NCBI GenBank assembly: GCA_905178155.1
Contig: CAJINV010000017.1
Location: 124,001 to 188,000 of the forward strand
Direction: 5' to 3'
Origin: Amoebophrya sp. A120
Taxonomy: Eukaryota; Protista; Dinoflagellata
DNA: 64,000 nucleotides
Positions 36,901-46,857 of the stretch are shown piece after piece. Made by a program: the position numbers and the translations under genes. How positions within the stretch are numbered: position 1 is the first letter of the stretch; each line of letters starts with the position of its first letter. The notes beneath the pieces were generated by a model. It was given only the letters and a program-made list of their open reading frames with translations. It searched no databases and had not been told where the DNA came from.

Positions 36901-38458
36901 CATCCCGCAGGGCTGGACGAAATTTTACGAATTTGCGAGCAACGATCTGGCGTCGGCGTGTGAGACGGTGTCGCTACTGTTGAAAATGAACGGCCAGATG
37001 GACTGGCAAACGCTCCACGGGGTGCTGGAGAACGCGGTGTACGGATCCAGGGTGGACAACGACTTCGACAGCCGGTTAGTGAAGGAATATTTACAAATCG
37101 TGTTCCGCAACGACGCCTTGTCTGGGCAGCAGCAGGGGATGAAGATGCTCGAAATTCCCCCCTTTTCGATCCCGAGGTCGAACAATCTGGTCGACTACAA
37201 GCTGAACATTGAGAAACTCCCGGACACGGATAACCCAGCCAGTTTCGGGATGCCGGCCAACGTGGATCGGTCCCTGCAGCGGCTCAACAGCTCTCAGGTG
37301 ATAGCAAATTTGCGCCAGCTAAAGTTGGTCAGCAGCAGTAGTTCGTCCTCTTCGTCTAGCAGCAGCAGCAGTTCAGGGGCATCCACCTCCTCCGGTTCAT
37401 CTTCCCTGATCACCAACGTAAAGGTGTGGGAGGAGCACATCACACCCCTCTGGAAGTTCTGGGAAAGCACGAGACTCTCCGCCTCGGCCGGGTCTTTGAC
37501 TGTTGGCAGTACGAATAGCTCCTCGCCGGTGACAAACTTCATTCTTCTCGACGCCCAGGAAGCGTACAGATTGGTGAAATTAGTCGCGACGGACTTGTCG
37601 TTGATGAAGAAAGTGGTCAACGGCACCGGGTTGTCCACACCCGATATCTATGAACTGCAAAAGTATCGTACTCGTAGGTAGTAGGTGCATTTTCGCATTA
37701 CAAATCTCTTTCTCAAGGGAGATAAGCATTACAAATTGAATTTCTAGTGCTGGGCTAATTTGATGTCATGCGATTTGTACTAGTACGATGCTTTTGCATT
37801 TCATAATATCCAGTTCGTCGCCACGAAGCTGATTTTGAACGAAGTTCCCGACAAGTGGACCTGGCCGTCCGCCCCCGAAGATCCGATCGTGTATTTGCAG
37901 CAACTGTCGAAGCGGGCGATTGCGTTGAAGCAAGACTGGATGCCGTTGGTATCGCGCGGCGGGGAGTATTTACAAAGTCAGAAAATCAAACTCGCCGACT
38001 TTTTAAGACCGGACGTTTTCTTGAACGCTTTGAGACAGCAAACCGCGCGGAGACTCCAGAAGCCGATGGACTCTTTGATCTTGGTCTCTTCCTTCGCCGG
38101 CGCGGAGTCCATACGGAGGAACTACCAGCTGCACGACGAGCAAATCGGAATCCCGGTGCAATTAGATGGGTTGTTGCTCGAGGGCGCCAGCTTCGATCGG
38201 ACGGCCGGTTTGTTGCTAGAGGTCGGGAGGCAGTCGAATTTGATCTCGTCCCTGCCGGAACTGACGGTAAGCTGGATCTTTTCCGCTTCGGGCAGCGATG
38301 GGGCGGGGAGCCAGCAGATGCGGGGCGTGCAAGAGATCGAGATCCCGATTTACACCGGGCTGAACCGGGAGAAGTTTCTGTGCTCCATCCGCGTACCCAC
38401 GGACAACGCCAGGCAGCGGATTTTGAACGCCACGGCAATGTTCCTGACGGACGTGTAA
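21901..38458 (+). CDS. DYNC2H1: Cytoplasmic dynein-2 (retrograde IFT) heavy chain; exons 21901-22991, 23139-24528, 24799-25956, 26248-26360, 26522-26573, 26840-28544, 28659-30250, 30521-33456, 33636-33975, 34145-34215, 34528-37648, 37811-38458
   Basis: P-loops GPAGTGKT, GPSGCGKS, GPEGCGKN and GRAGVGRR. FNCDEGID and LSEIRSLKMPP are dynein-2-type motifs. The exons sum to 14217 nt (4738 aa plus stop), with conserved motifs restored across junctions such as LVHTPL|TDKC. Confidence 0.95.
22992..23138 (+). other. Canonical GT-AG intron with residual inverted ends
   Basis: AC|GTAGAGATGTTG...CAACCAATCTACCAG|G gives DT|FMQ in frame. Confidence 0.85.
24529..24793. mobile_element. 265-nt TIR introner, family A, TSD CGTGG
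   Basis: TATCAAATGTAAAAATGTCTGGGTCTGG...CCAGACCCAGACACTTTTGCACTTGATA; removal gives KPW|RAFWDYQLFK. Confidence 0.95.
25957..26242. mobile_element. 286-nt TIR introner, family D, TSD TGAAG
   Basis: Perfect 28-nt TIR TATCCTGTGTAAAAACGTCCCCACCCCA; removal gives EVLK|TELDQLL. Confidence 0.95.
26361..26516. mobile_element. 156-nt TIR introner, family B, TSD TGGAG
   Basis: TATGCACTGCAAAAGTATC...GATACTTTTGCACAGGATA; removal gives ASW|SLFQQFIEE. Confidence 0.92.
26574..26834. mobile_element. 261-nt TIR introner, family A, TSD TGTGG
   Basis: TATCAAATGTACAAATGTCTGGGTCTGG...CCAGACCCAGACACTTTTGCAATCCATA; removal gives QLW|IEFRPRLF. Confidence 0.95.
28545..28653. mobile_element. 109-nt TIR introner, family E, TSD TTTAA
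   Basis: 27-nt TIR TATCCACAGAAAAAAACCCATCCACAT with 1 mismatch; removal restores the conserved dynein motif LVHTPLTDKCY. Confidence 0.95.
30251..30515. mobile_element. 265-nt TIR introner, family A, TSD TGCAG
   Basis: Near-identical along its whole length to 24529-24793; removal gives EFLQ|AKLDSWF. Confidence 0.95.
33457..33635 (+). other. Canonical GT-AG intron
   Basis: AA|GTATCAG...CACCAG|G gives SMKK|FLTGAG; no TIR seen. Confidence 0.85.
33976..34139. mobile_element. 164-nt TIR introner, family B, TSD TCGAG
   Basis: TATCCTGTGCAAAAGTATCG...CGATACTTGTTTTGCAGTTCATA; removal gives NEFE|QRTQEA. Confidence 0.92.
34216..34522. mobile_element. 307-nt TIR introner, family C, TSD GCGAA
   Basis: TATGGATGTGTCAGGATTGAAATCGCCAAAGTTGAAA...TTTCAACTTTGACGATTTCAATCCTGACGCTTCCATA; removal gives QKA|KSLIGKLSGEKDRW. 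Confidence 0.95.
37649..37805. mobile_element. 157-nt TIR introner, family B, TSD ATATC
   Basis: 28-nt TIR TATGAACTGCAAAAGTATCGTACTCGTA with 3 mismatches; removal gives TPDI|QFVATKL. Confidence 0.93.
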
Positions 38459-39510
38459 AGTGGGGGTGTAATAAATGACTCTTTCGGTTTTACTTTGACA
38501 AGGTGTGTGATGTGCTCGCTCGTCGAGCTTCATGTTATGAGTAGATTTTTTTTGCTTCTTCGTTCTTCGTCTTACACAGATGGATACACCCTAGTACCAG
38601 AACCGGACAATATACTCGTATCGCACGAATGGATCGTGTTGCGTGATTGCAAGAAAGAGCCTGGTTTTTTTCGAAAGTTGCCTTCTCAATGAATGAAATT
38701 TCTCAAGCATCTTCGCGACGGCAACAGCCACACTCGGTTTGTCGCTAAGACTAAACGAAACGAATTTAATTTGTGTTGTCTTGATGCATGTGTCTGTGTG
38801 TTTCCCACAGCTCTAAGATCACCATGCTCACCCTCATGAGGAATCAGGCGCAGTCCAACTCTTTCTCGCAGCAAAAAGCTAACAAGCATTTCGCCTCGTG
38901 ACCGGCCTCCTCGGATCGGAATCGGTTCCTTGCAAAATAAAGACTTCTGCCTCTTCCCGTTTCATTTCTTCTTTGTCGGTGTTTTTAGCACTTTTTTTGT
39001 GAGCGTATGTGTCTGTGTATACCCACCCGTATTAATGAAAGAAGCTAGTATTAGTTCCAGCGATCAGCAGATCGTCCCCCAAAAATATTTTTGCGCAGGA
39101 ATTATCTAGTGATCTACATCTTTTCAAAATACAAAGTTACAATTAAGTACATCCAAACAGGTTCGCAACTTGACTTTACCTTCGAGTTTGTCCCGATCTG
39201 TAATGATGCGAGACCCGCGTTGCATTTGCTCTTGGGAAGATGCTTGCGATATATAGCGCTTTTCAACATGTTCACTTCATTCGCATTCTCACTCCAGCGA
39301 CACCAGCATAAATTTTATCTTTTTTCATCCGTTTTGTTGACTCAGCTGCTTGACTGAGCCTACACACTGTACTAAATGTTTCGCTGCATTGATATCAATC
39401 TACTCCTACACCAACCTAGGAAAATGCGCAGCAGTAGAGCCGAGTTTTTCATTCTTGTCGACTTTGACTAGTAGTGGAACTGGAACATCAACTCTTGCAA
39501 GAACGCAACG

Positions 39511-40698
39511 ATGAGACCGGCGCTGGGTGCTGCACGGATGAGAGAGAATCATCCCACATGCACGATGCCTGGCACTACAGCGAAATCATGCTTTCCTCTT
39601 CCAAAGATTGAAGATCTCCCGTACCTCCGCGCCTCGTCCCGCGAATGGACAGTCACTCCGTTGCGGAAGATGGGTGGTATCGAAAATGGGGTCATGACAG
39701 CGATGAATATCCTGGAGATCAGCAGACGGGCCGCTCTGATCAAGTCGACTACTACAACAACTCGATGTCTTCAAGATCGTCCACAATACAGCAGCGAGCC
39801 CGTTTCCTTTTCCTTCTTCGTTGTGGAACTTTTTAACCCGCTAAATGGGGAGCGCGAGCTGCGGTTAGTGGCTTCGCATTCGGCGCACCAGAGCGAACGC
39901 GCACAAGCTCTGAAAAAAGCAGAGTGCCTGGTCGCCGATATGAGGCGGGACATGGTAGAAAACGAGGGTAGGAGGTTTGCGATTCCAACAGGAGCGGAGG
40001 GCGGCTGGATGGTCGACAATCAGAAGAAATGCAAGTCCCAGGCGGCCTTGAACCTCATGCAGGAGTATTTTGCGGAAGCTTTAGCCAATGCGCGTGGCGT
40101 AGAACAAGATGGGAGAAGCGCAGTTGTGCCGATCCGAGAACAGACGAACGTAGAGCAGGAGGGGACGACAGCAAAAAACGACATGCCGCAGGGTTGTTAT
40201 GGGCACTACGTGCTCGAGGACTTAAGGGGTTTGTGTGTATGGTAGCAAAATCCTGGGTGGTGTGGGTTTCACGCTCGCGTCTAATCCGAAAAACTGCCCA
40301 AGAATTCTTGTCAGAGGGCGGGGAGAAGTAGCAGGAAGGAAGGGGCTTGCAAGTTTTGCATGGGTCGGTCCCCATTGGCATTCCAAGTCACTTTACATGA
40401 GATGTGATTGATGTGATTCTTTTCATTACATGTCGAGTATTGTTACAGTACTGCAACTACGCTTTTTATTGTTTACCTTGACGGTTCTTTGTCTTTCCCG
40501 AATTGATGCATGCCGTGACTCCAACCGGCCAGGCTTTTGCTACCATAGTGAAAGAAAAAAGACGTAGATTCTCGGGCGCAAACATATGATGCCGAAGAAG
40601 CGACGCTGTTGATCTACTGCCGGCGGGAGTGGGTGTTCGAGCTTTATTTGCGATCCATAGGCAAAGCGCACAGACTGCGAATTCATGCACGACTTTGA
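39511..40698 (+). CDS. Hypothetical protein; exons about 39511-40237 and 40553-40698 (3' end uncertain)
   Basis: 244-aa ORF that continues as KKDVDSRAQTYDAEEATLLIYCRREWVFELYL after the TIR element is removed. Confidence 0.55.
40238..40547. mobile_element. 310-nt TIR introner (distinct family), degenerate TSD GTGTG/GTGAA
   Basis: TATGGTAGCAAAATCCTGG...CCAGGCTTTTGCTACCATA, 18/19 complementary. Confidence 0.82.
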
Positions 40699-41045
40699 CC
40701 GAAGAAGCTTTTCTTTGCCATAACGACATATATTTTTGAACCACCATAGCCACCATATTCACACTTGTCACTTTATCCGAGCATCAGTAAATAATGACTC
40801 ACAACTTTTACGTCAAAAGTTAGGGAGGAACTTCTGTCGCGAACCGAGATCTTCAACACTGACAGACTTCCTTCGTACTCACGAATATAATCGCATGACA
40901 CAACCGAGTAGATCGCTACAGTTTTAGAGAACGGACGAACGACATCGAAAAAATCGACTGCCATCGACTTTCGAATTCGAACACGGTGATAGGACAATAG
41001 CAATAGGAAAAAAGGCACCAGCAGAGAGGTAGAGAGTATGAATAT

Positions 41046-44000
41046 TTGCAAGAACTCGTGTTTCGATATCGGCATTGGGACAAGAAGCCATTCATTTGCA
41101 ATGAAAATCGACAAGAATCGTTGCGCTTTGGCATTTTTCTAGATCTACGAGCTCGAACCAACTCCCACCCCGACCCGGTAGTAAATCTCGCGTGGTTTGT
41201 TTCTCTGCATACAAACAGTCGGCTGATCGTCTTTCACTCGCTACTAATCCAACTGGAACACGCTTGGCAGCGACACCTGGAGAAAGTAATTTCTGCACAA
41301 TCAACAGGACGAGGGCACGGCAGCAACAATACCCTGGAGGTTGTCGGGTTAAGGACCGGACATCCTGAGACAAGTGCGGGAAGGCAGGAAAACAACAGCA
41401 CGCTCTTAGGAAGCAAATCCCAGGGAGGTACAAGCGCCAGCGCAACGCCTGGATTTTCGACCACGCCAGGGTCGTTTTCGACCACGCCTGGATTTTCCAC
41501 TACGCCTGGGTTTACATCAAGTGTGTCTTCGGCCGCATCTGTATCGGGGTGCACTAGCTCCGTTTGCGCAGGAGGGCAACACACGCCGTTTGTTCCGGTA
41601 GATTCGAACAACAACAGGAGACCTTCAAGCAGTGGCGCAACGCCCACACTTGTTCTAAACGCAGTTTCTACTGGCACAATGAGCAGTTGCGCAACAACTT
41701 TGAAAAAGCCGGCGGACGTCGTCGCCGCAGCTCCTTCGCAAAAGTCACTAAAAAGCGCAGGAGGCAGTTCTGGAGGTGCCAAGCAAGGGAATGACAGTTC
41801 ATCTTCCGCATCGTCCTCCTCCTCCGATAGTAACTCGTCCAGCGATGATTCTTCGTCTGACAATGAGAACAAGAAAAAACAAAACGCAGCGGCGACGAAG
41901 CCAGAGACCAGCCTGGAGAAGGTCACTGCGACTAATTCTGTGTCCGCTCCCTCCGGTATTACTAGTAAGGAAGCCGGTCTAGTAGCAGCCGTACCTAGAG
42001 CAGAAGATTGCGTTGAGACCAGTAGCACGAGCACGACGAAGAAGAAAAAAGGAAAGGGAAAAGCCGCTGGAAAGCGCTCCGGTGCCGCCAAAATAGTTGC
42101 GGGCACAGGGGAAGATGAAAGTGCGAAGGGTACTACTCAACAACCTGGCACGACTACAGCAAGCGACGTAGACAAGAAACAAGTTTCTTCTGTACCGGCA
42201 GTTGAAGCCGCTGCTCAAGAACAAGACAAGCCGAAAAGAAAAGGAAGAGGAAAAGCGAAGAAAAACAAAGGTGACGTCGACAAAAAAGAGAGTGCTGAAG
42301 TAAAAGCCGGCGCCACGACGACACAGGCTCCTGGGGCAGTCGGAGTAGTTTCTACTTCATCTTCTTCTAGTACTAGCAACAAGCGGCCAGCAGCACCGAG
42401 TCCGGATCATGAGCGTAATGTGGATAAAAACGACCAGGAGAATGATGCGAGGAAGAAGGCCAACACGAACTCCGATCTATCCACTGTCGCAGCTGGTGCA
42501 ACCTCATCATTGAAACAGAATGCAGCCGCAGCACAGGCTCTGCCTTCGGAGCAGGCACAAGCGGATGCGAAGAAGATATTCAACCCCAGCACTACTAGCG
42601 CGGCCGTGGGTTCTTCTTCTAAACAAATAGACAAGAATCCAGCCAATCGGTCGGCTTCCGAAAAGTCGAGCAGCTCCTCTAAGTCCGGCTCATCTTCGTC
42701 TTCATCGAGTAGCAAAAGTAGCTCCTCCGGCTCCGACTCCGACAGCTCGACGTCCTCCCGGGACTCGCACGGCAAACCGAACGTCGACCCGGCACTGCAG
42801 GAGGACGACGACGTGTCCGATGTGGAATCAGAGAAGGAAGATGACGCGGGGGAGCAGGAGGCTAAGAAAAAGCTCCTGGAAGGCTTGCGGCAGACCCACC
42901 CGGTGTTCACACGCATACTAGACGACACGCCGGAGAAGCGAGCGTTGTTTGCGCAGCAGGAAATGAAGCGGCAATCCGCGGAGTTTAAGAAGGACCTGGA
43001 GCAGAAAAAGCTTTTGTACCGACGCTCTCTGGAACACCGGGCGAGGACCAACGTGCAGAATATACAAAAGAGCACAGCTTTGAAACACCCAATAACTTTC
43101 GACGACTTGAGCCTTATCTTGCAGCAGGTACTGATGTCGTGAAGTTTGCTTTTGTTGTTTGTTGTTGTAGCTGTGTGCTGAAAGAAGTAGAGGTGTTCGT
43201 TCCTGCAGCTAGTCCTAGTACCTGTGTCGTCATATGCTTAAGTACAAGTATGCAAATGCATGACTCAAATGTAAATGAGCAAAAATACAGCGACTATATA
43301 CTCAATCAGGTTTTCGACAACGAGGGCAACAAGGTGGCCAAAAGTATCCGGCAGTTTGAGGATCCGGCCAAGAAGGTCCAGAGCCTGACGATCGGGGTGA
43401 CAAATGGTCGCTCCAAGGGCGGCGTGCTGTGTAAGGACAACGAGCTCATCGTGGACATGGAGAAGGTGAGAAGGGCGGCGAAGAGTAGAAGTGGCGCTGG
43501 TGCTGGTAGTTCGAGTTACAACGGTAGTTCGACGCTGAACCGGTTTGGCGCCCCAGCGGCTCCGCAGCAGCTGAAGTTTGTGGGCGGCAAGCTGGTGATT
43601 CCGAAGGAGCCCTCGGGTTTGAAAAGGCAAAAGCGAGGGGAGAAGCAAGCTTTGAAAAAGGCGAACAACGCGCTGCCGAACAGTGGCGAGTTTGTGAATT
43701 TGAACGAAAACGAAGAAGTGTTGGCGAAAGTGCTCGCATTTTTCAAGTGCGACAAGTTCGTCACGAATGGCAGCACCTGCTTCCAAAAGATCTCCTTCAA
43801 GAACAAGCCTCGGGAGCGAAATCTGTGCAAAGCGATGTGGATGATAGAGGAGGAAAAAAAGTACGGAATCAAACACCCGAGGAACCGCGCGACGGTGGAA
43901 GCAGCAACGTCGGGAACGAAAGAGGAGAGTAGTGCAACCGCATCGACGAGCGCGCAGACAGCCACGCCTGGGTTCGATAGCAATGTCGCCTCTTCCTCCC

Positions 44001-45700
44001 CTCCCGGGGGCGCGGGAATGAATGTCGACGCACAGCAACAAGATGGTGCTCCAACGAACGGCGCGAGCTTATCTTCGGCAACTGCCTACCTGGGCAAGGA
44101 CTATGAGGCCGCGCAGAAGAATTTGCAGAGGCAGAAGATGCGGGAGAAGAAGTGCAATGACGTTTTCGACAAGTATCGGCCGCTGAGCAACACGATCACC
44201 GAACTCAACAAATTTGTCTGTCCAACACACATCCAAGAGGAGCTGGGCCCGCAGAAGCTGGCGGAGGAACGGTTTCTACTCGATTACAAGACCACGGGGT
44301 GCGTCATCCAGGATGAGGTCTTGCTTCAGGACGTCTACCAGGCGGAGCGGCCAAACCAGCTAAGTTACACCAGCATCGTGGTCCACAAAAACGCGAAGAC
44401 CGAGATCCACACGGATAAAGGGAATGTAGGGCTTAGCGAGATCTGCTGTTGTGGGGATTACGAGGGCGGCGGTTTTTTTGAGTACGATCCGAGTTTGACG
44501 TTGGAAGATTTGAAGAATCAGCCTGGAGAAAGGACGGATAAGCTGCCCCCCGTTCACAAGCCCGTGGACGGGCGGATTGTTCCGCTCGAGGTGAAAAAGG
44601 AGGTAGCCCTGGACCAGAACGAACGAAGAAGACTGCTAGGCCCCTGGAAGGACAAGGTGCACATTTTCAAAGTTCGGAGTAAAACGCAAAAGGTGGGCGG
44701 ACTGATAGAGCCGGTGCGGTATGTGGTGCTAGGCAGGGAGTACGACATCAAGCACAAAATGCGGCGGATCAACGGCAAGTTCCCCCACGCTACGATGCCG
44801 TTCTCCGGATGCCGGTTCTGCGTCGTGTTCTTCACGCACCAAACCTTCACGCAGTGCTACATGGGCGAGGGGAAAAAGGGGAGTGAGGAGATGCTGAAGA
44901 GGCAATTGGCCTGCATGAAGAACTCCTTCGGCTTCTCCCTGCCGGGGGAGGTTGACTGCTGGCGCGCGAGCGCGCAGGCGTCCTGGGACAAGCAGAATGC
45001 GCTAACAAAGAAAAGAGCTGCGTTCTGGGACAGCACGCTTGAAAGGAAGGAGAAGAAACTCCACAAGACCATCAGCGACAGAATGGACCACCTGAAGCGC
45101 CTCGGCGAGCGGAAAACGTGGGAAGAAGTAACAGACATCGTCGCGGAAGAGGAGGAACACAAAAGGATCAGGCTGCAAGCGTTCGGCAAAGTGCACGGTC
45201 ACCTCTACCGGAAGCGAAAGAGGGCAGAGGACGTCGCCTTACTGGATCGGGATGCCGCGAAGGCCCTGGAAGCCGGTGCGGACCTGAAGGAAATCAACAA
45301 AAAGAAAAAAACCAAGAAGAATTTTACGAAGTCGAAGGAGTTCCAGCGAAGGGTACAAAAGCTGATCGAAGAGGAGACGGCGAACTCCACAGTGCTCCGG
45401 GACTTGGCGGCGAAGAAGAAAGGTTTACTGGCTGGAGGGGGTGGAGCAGCATCTACTTCAGGCGGCGGCATCAACACATCAAGCAAAGCGGTAGTGCACC
45501 ACAAGCACGACACGACGAACGAATTGAGATCTTCGCAGCCTTCGCAGCAACAGGTAACTGCATCCGCGGATGCAGGGCGCGAACGAGGTCGCAGCGTTGC
45601 ACCAAAGAAGCGCGGTCGACCGTCGAAAGCTGACGCAGAGGGCAGGGGTGATGGCGATTATGCAAAAAGGGTTAAGGGAGAGGGTTCTTCGGGAAAGTAG
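41046..45700 (+). CDS. TET/JBP-like 2OG-Fe(II) dioxygenase with long Ser/Lys-rich N-terminus and C-terminal AT-hook; GT-AG intron 43128-43309; start uncertain (first ATG at 41679)
   Basis: HTDKGN (from 44408), GDYEGG, PHATMPFSGCRFCVVFF (H at 44786, R at 44813) and KKRGRPSK (45605-45628). The intron joins LQQ|VFDNEG in frame. Confidence 0.72.
41445..41513 (+). repeat. Four degenerate 18-21-nt tandem repeats encoding TPG(S)FST
   Basis: ACGCCTGGATTTTCGACC-like units in tandem. Confidence 0.85.
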
Positions 45701-46857
45701 GTTCAGTCTCTTCATCAGCTCTTCTAATTGAATATCGTCGATCGCGATGAAACTTTTCCACCAAAAGCCGAGGGCCACTTCTTGTTCTTTCGAAGAAAAC
45801 AGACAAATTCGTTGGAAAAATATGTTTAGATTTAAATACTTATCTAACAAGTTGACCAGTAAGAGCAGGCGTTCCACCCTTTTTACAATAAGATTTATGC
45901 CTCACGAATGCGCGGCACCAAGAAGGCGACGAATCAATAGAACTACTAAAGCGACAAAATAAAACCAGCGACAATGAGCTTCTTTTGAGCTAAGGGCCTG
46001 ATGTCCCTTTTTAATCTTGAACATTCGAGAACCTCGCTAGACAAGATGTGCATTCCAGAAGAGGTCCCTCATTTTGATGCGTCTTGCTTCCGATTTCGTT
46101 TTATCTTTATGCTTTTCAATGGACTAGGGAAACGGAAGACCAAAACGAAAATACGACTAAAAGTATATTGGAAACAGAGCTGCAAGAAACGAGACGCTTC
46201 GAAAGCAGGAGCCGGATGACCAACATCATCTTTTCAAGCGCAGGAGGCAGATGAAATCTGTAGAAGTTTGGTCCGCGGACCTTAGTCGAAGCTGATTAAA
46301 AGGTGCTTTGGATTTTTGGGCTTTGTTGGATCAGAGCAAGAACGAACACACTCCACATTCATCCTATTCAGTTGGGAGAAGAAAATAGAGCTCATGAAGA
46401 TCATGAGGGATCTTGATGTCTGAAGCTGAACAACCCGCACGATCAATACAAAACGAAAACGCTTTTTTTGATATTTCTTTTCGGAACAGCGATGCTGAAC
46501 GCGCCAAGAAAAACCTTGACACGTACCAGAATCAGAAAGCAAAATTAGTATACGTAGGCGAGTGAAGATCATGTACTAGATTCTCTTCATTCATCTCACA
46601 GACGACTTCTTTTCAAGTCGGTCCAAATTTTGTCTGGACTAGTACTTGAGCTTCTTCCGCTGTTTTTGATAAATCAACTTTTTTAATATTTTCTTGTTGA
46701 TGCCGCTCCCGCTTTCGCGAAACGTAACAAATTTTCTGTGGGCTTTTTGCTTTAACAAGAACGCTTACAACACGAACGAGGGAAAAAATGTCATCGTTGA
46801 GCCGGTTCTTCCTCCTTTTTCTTATGTGCAGCAGTGGGGGGGGAGAACGAGAACGGC

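Noticed and set aside
21901-38458. Dynein as a pseudogene disrupted by transposons, or as several separate genes
   Set aside because: There are no other stops or frameshifts, all P-loops are intact, and every insertion is removable by one rule to give a full-length protein.
17535-40547. Element lengths clustering near 155-165 and 310 nt, as a nucleosome multiple
   Set aside because: The sample is small, lengths track family, and many elements are 257-286 nt.
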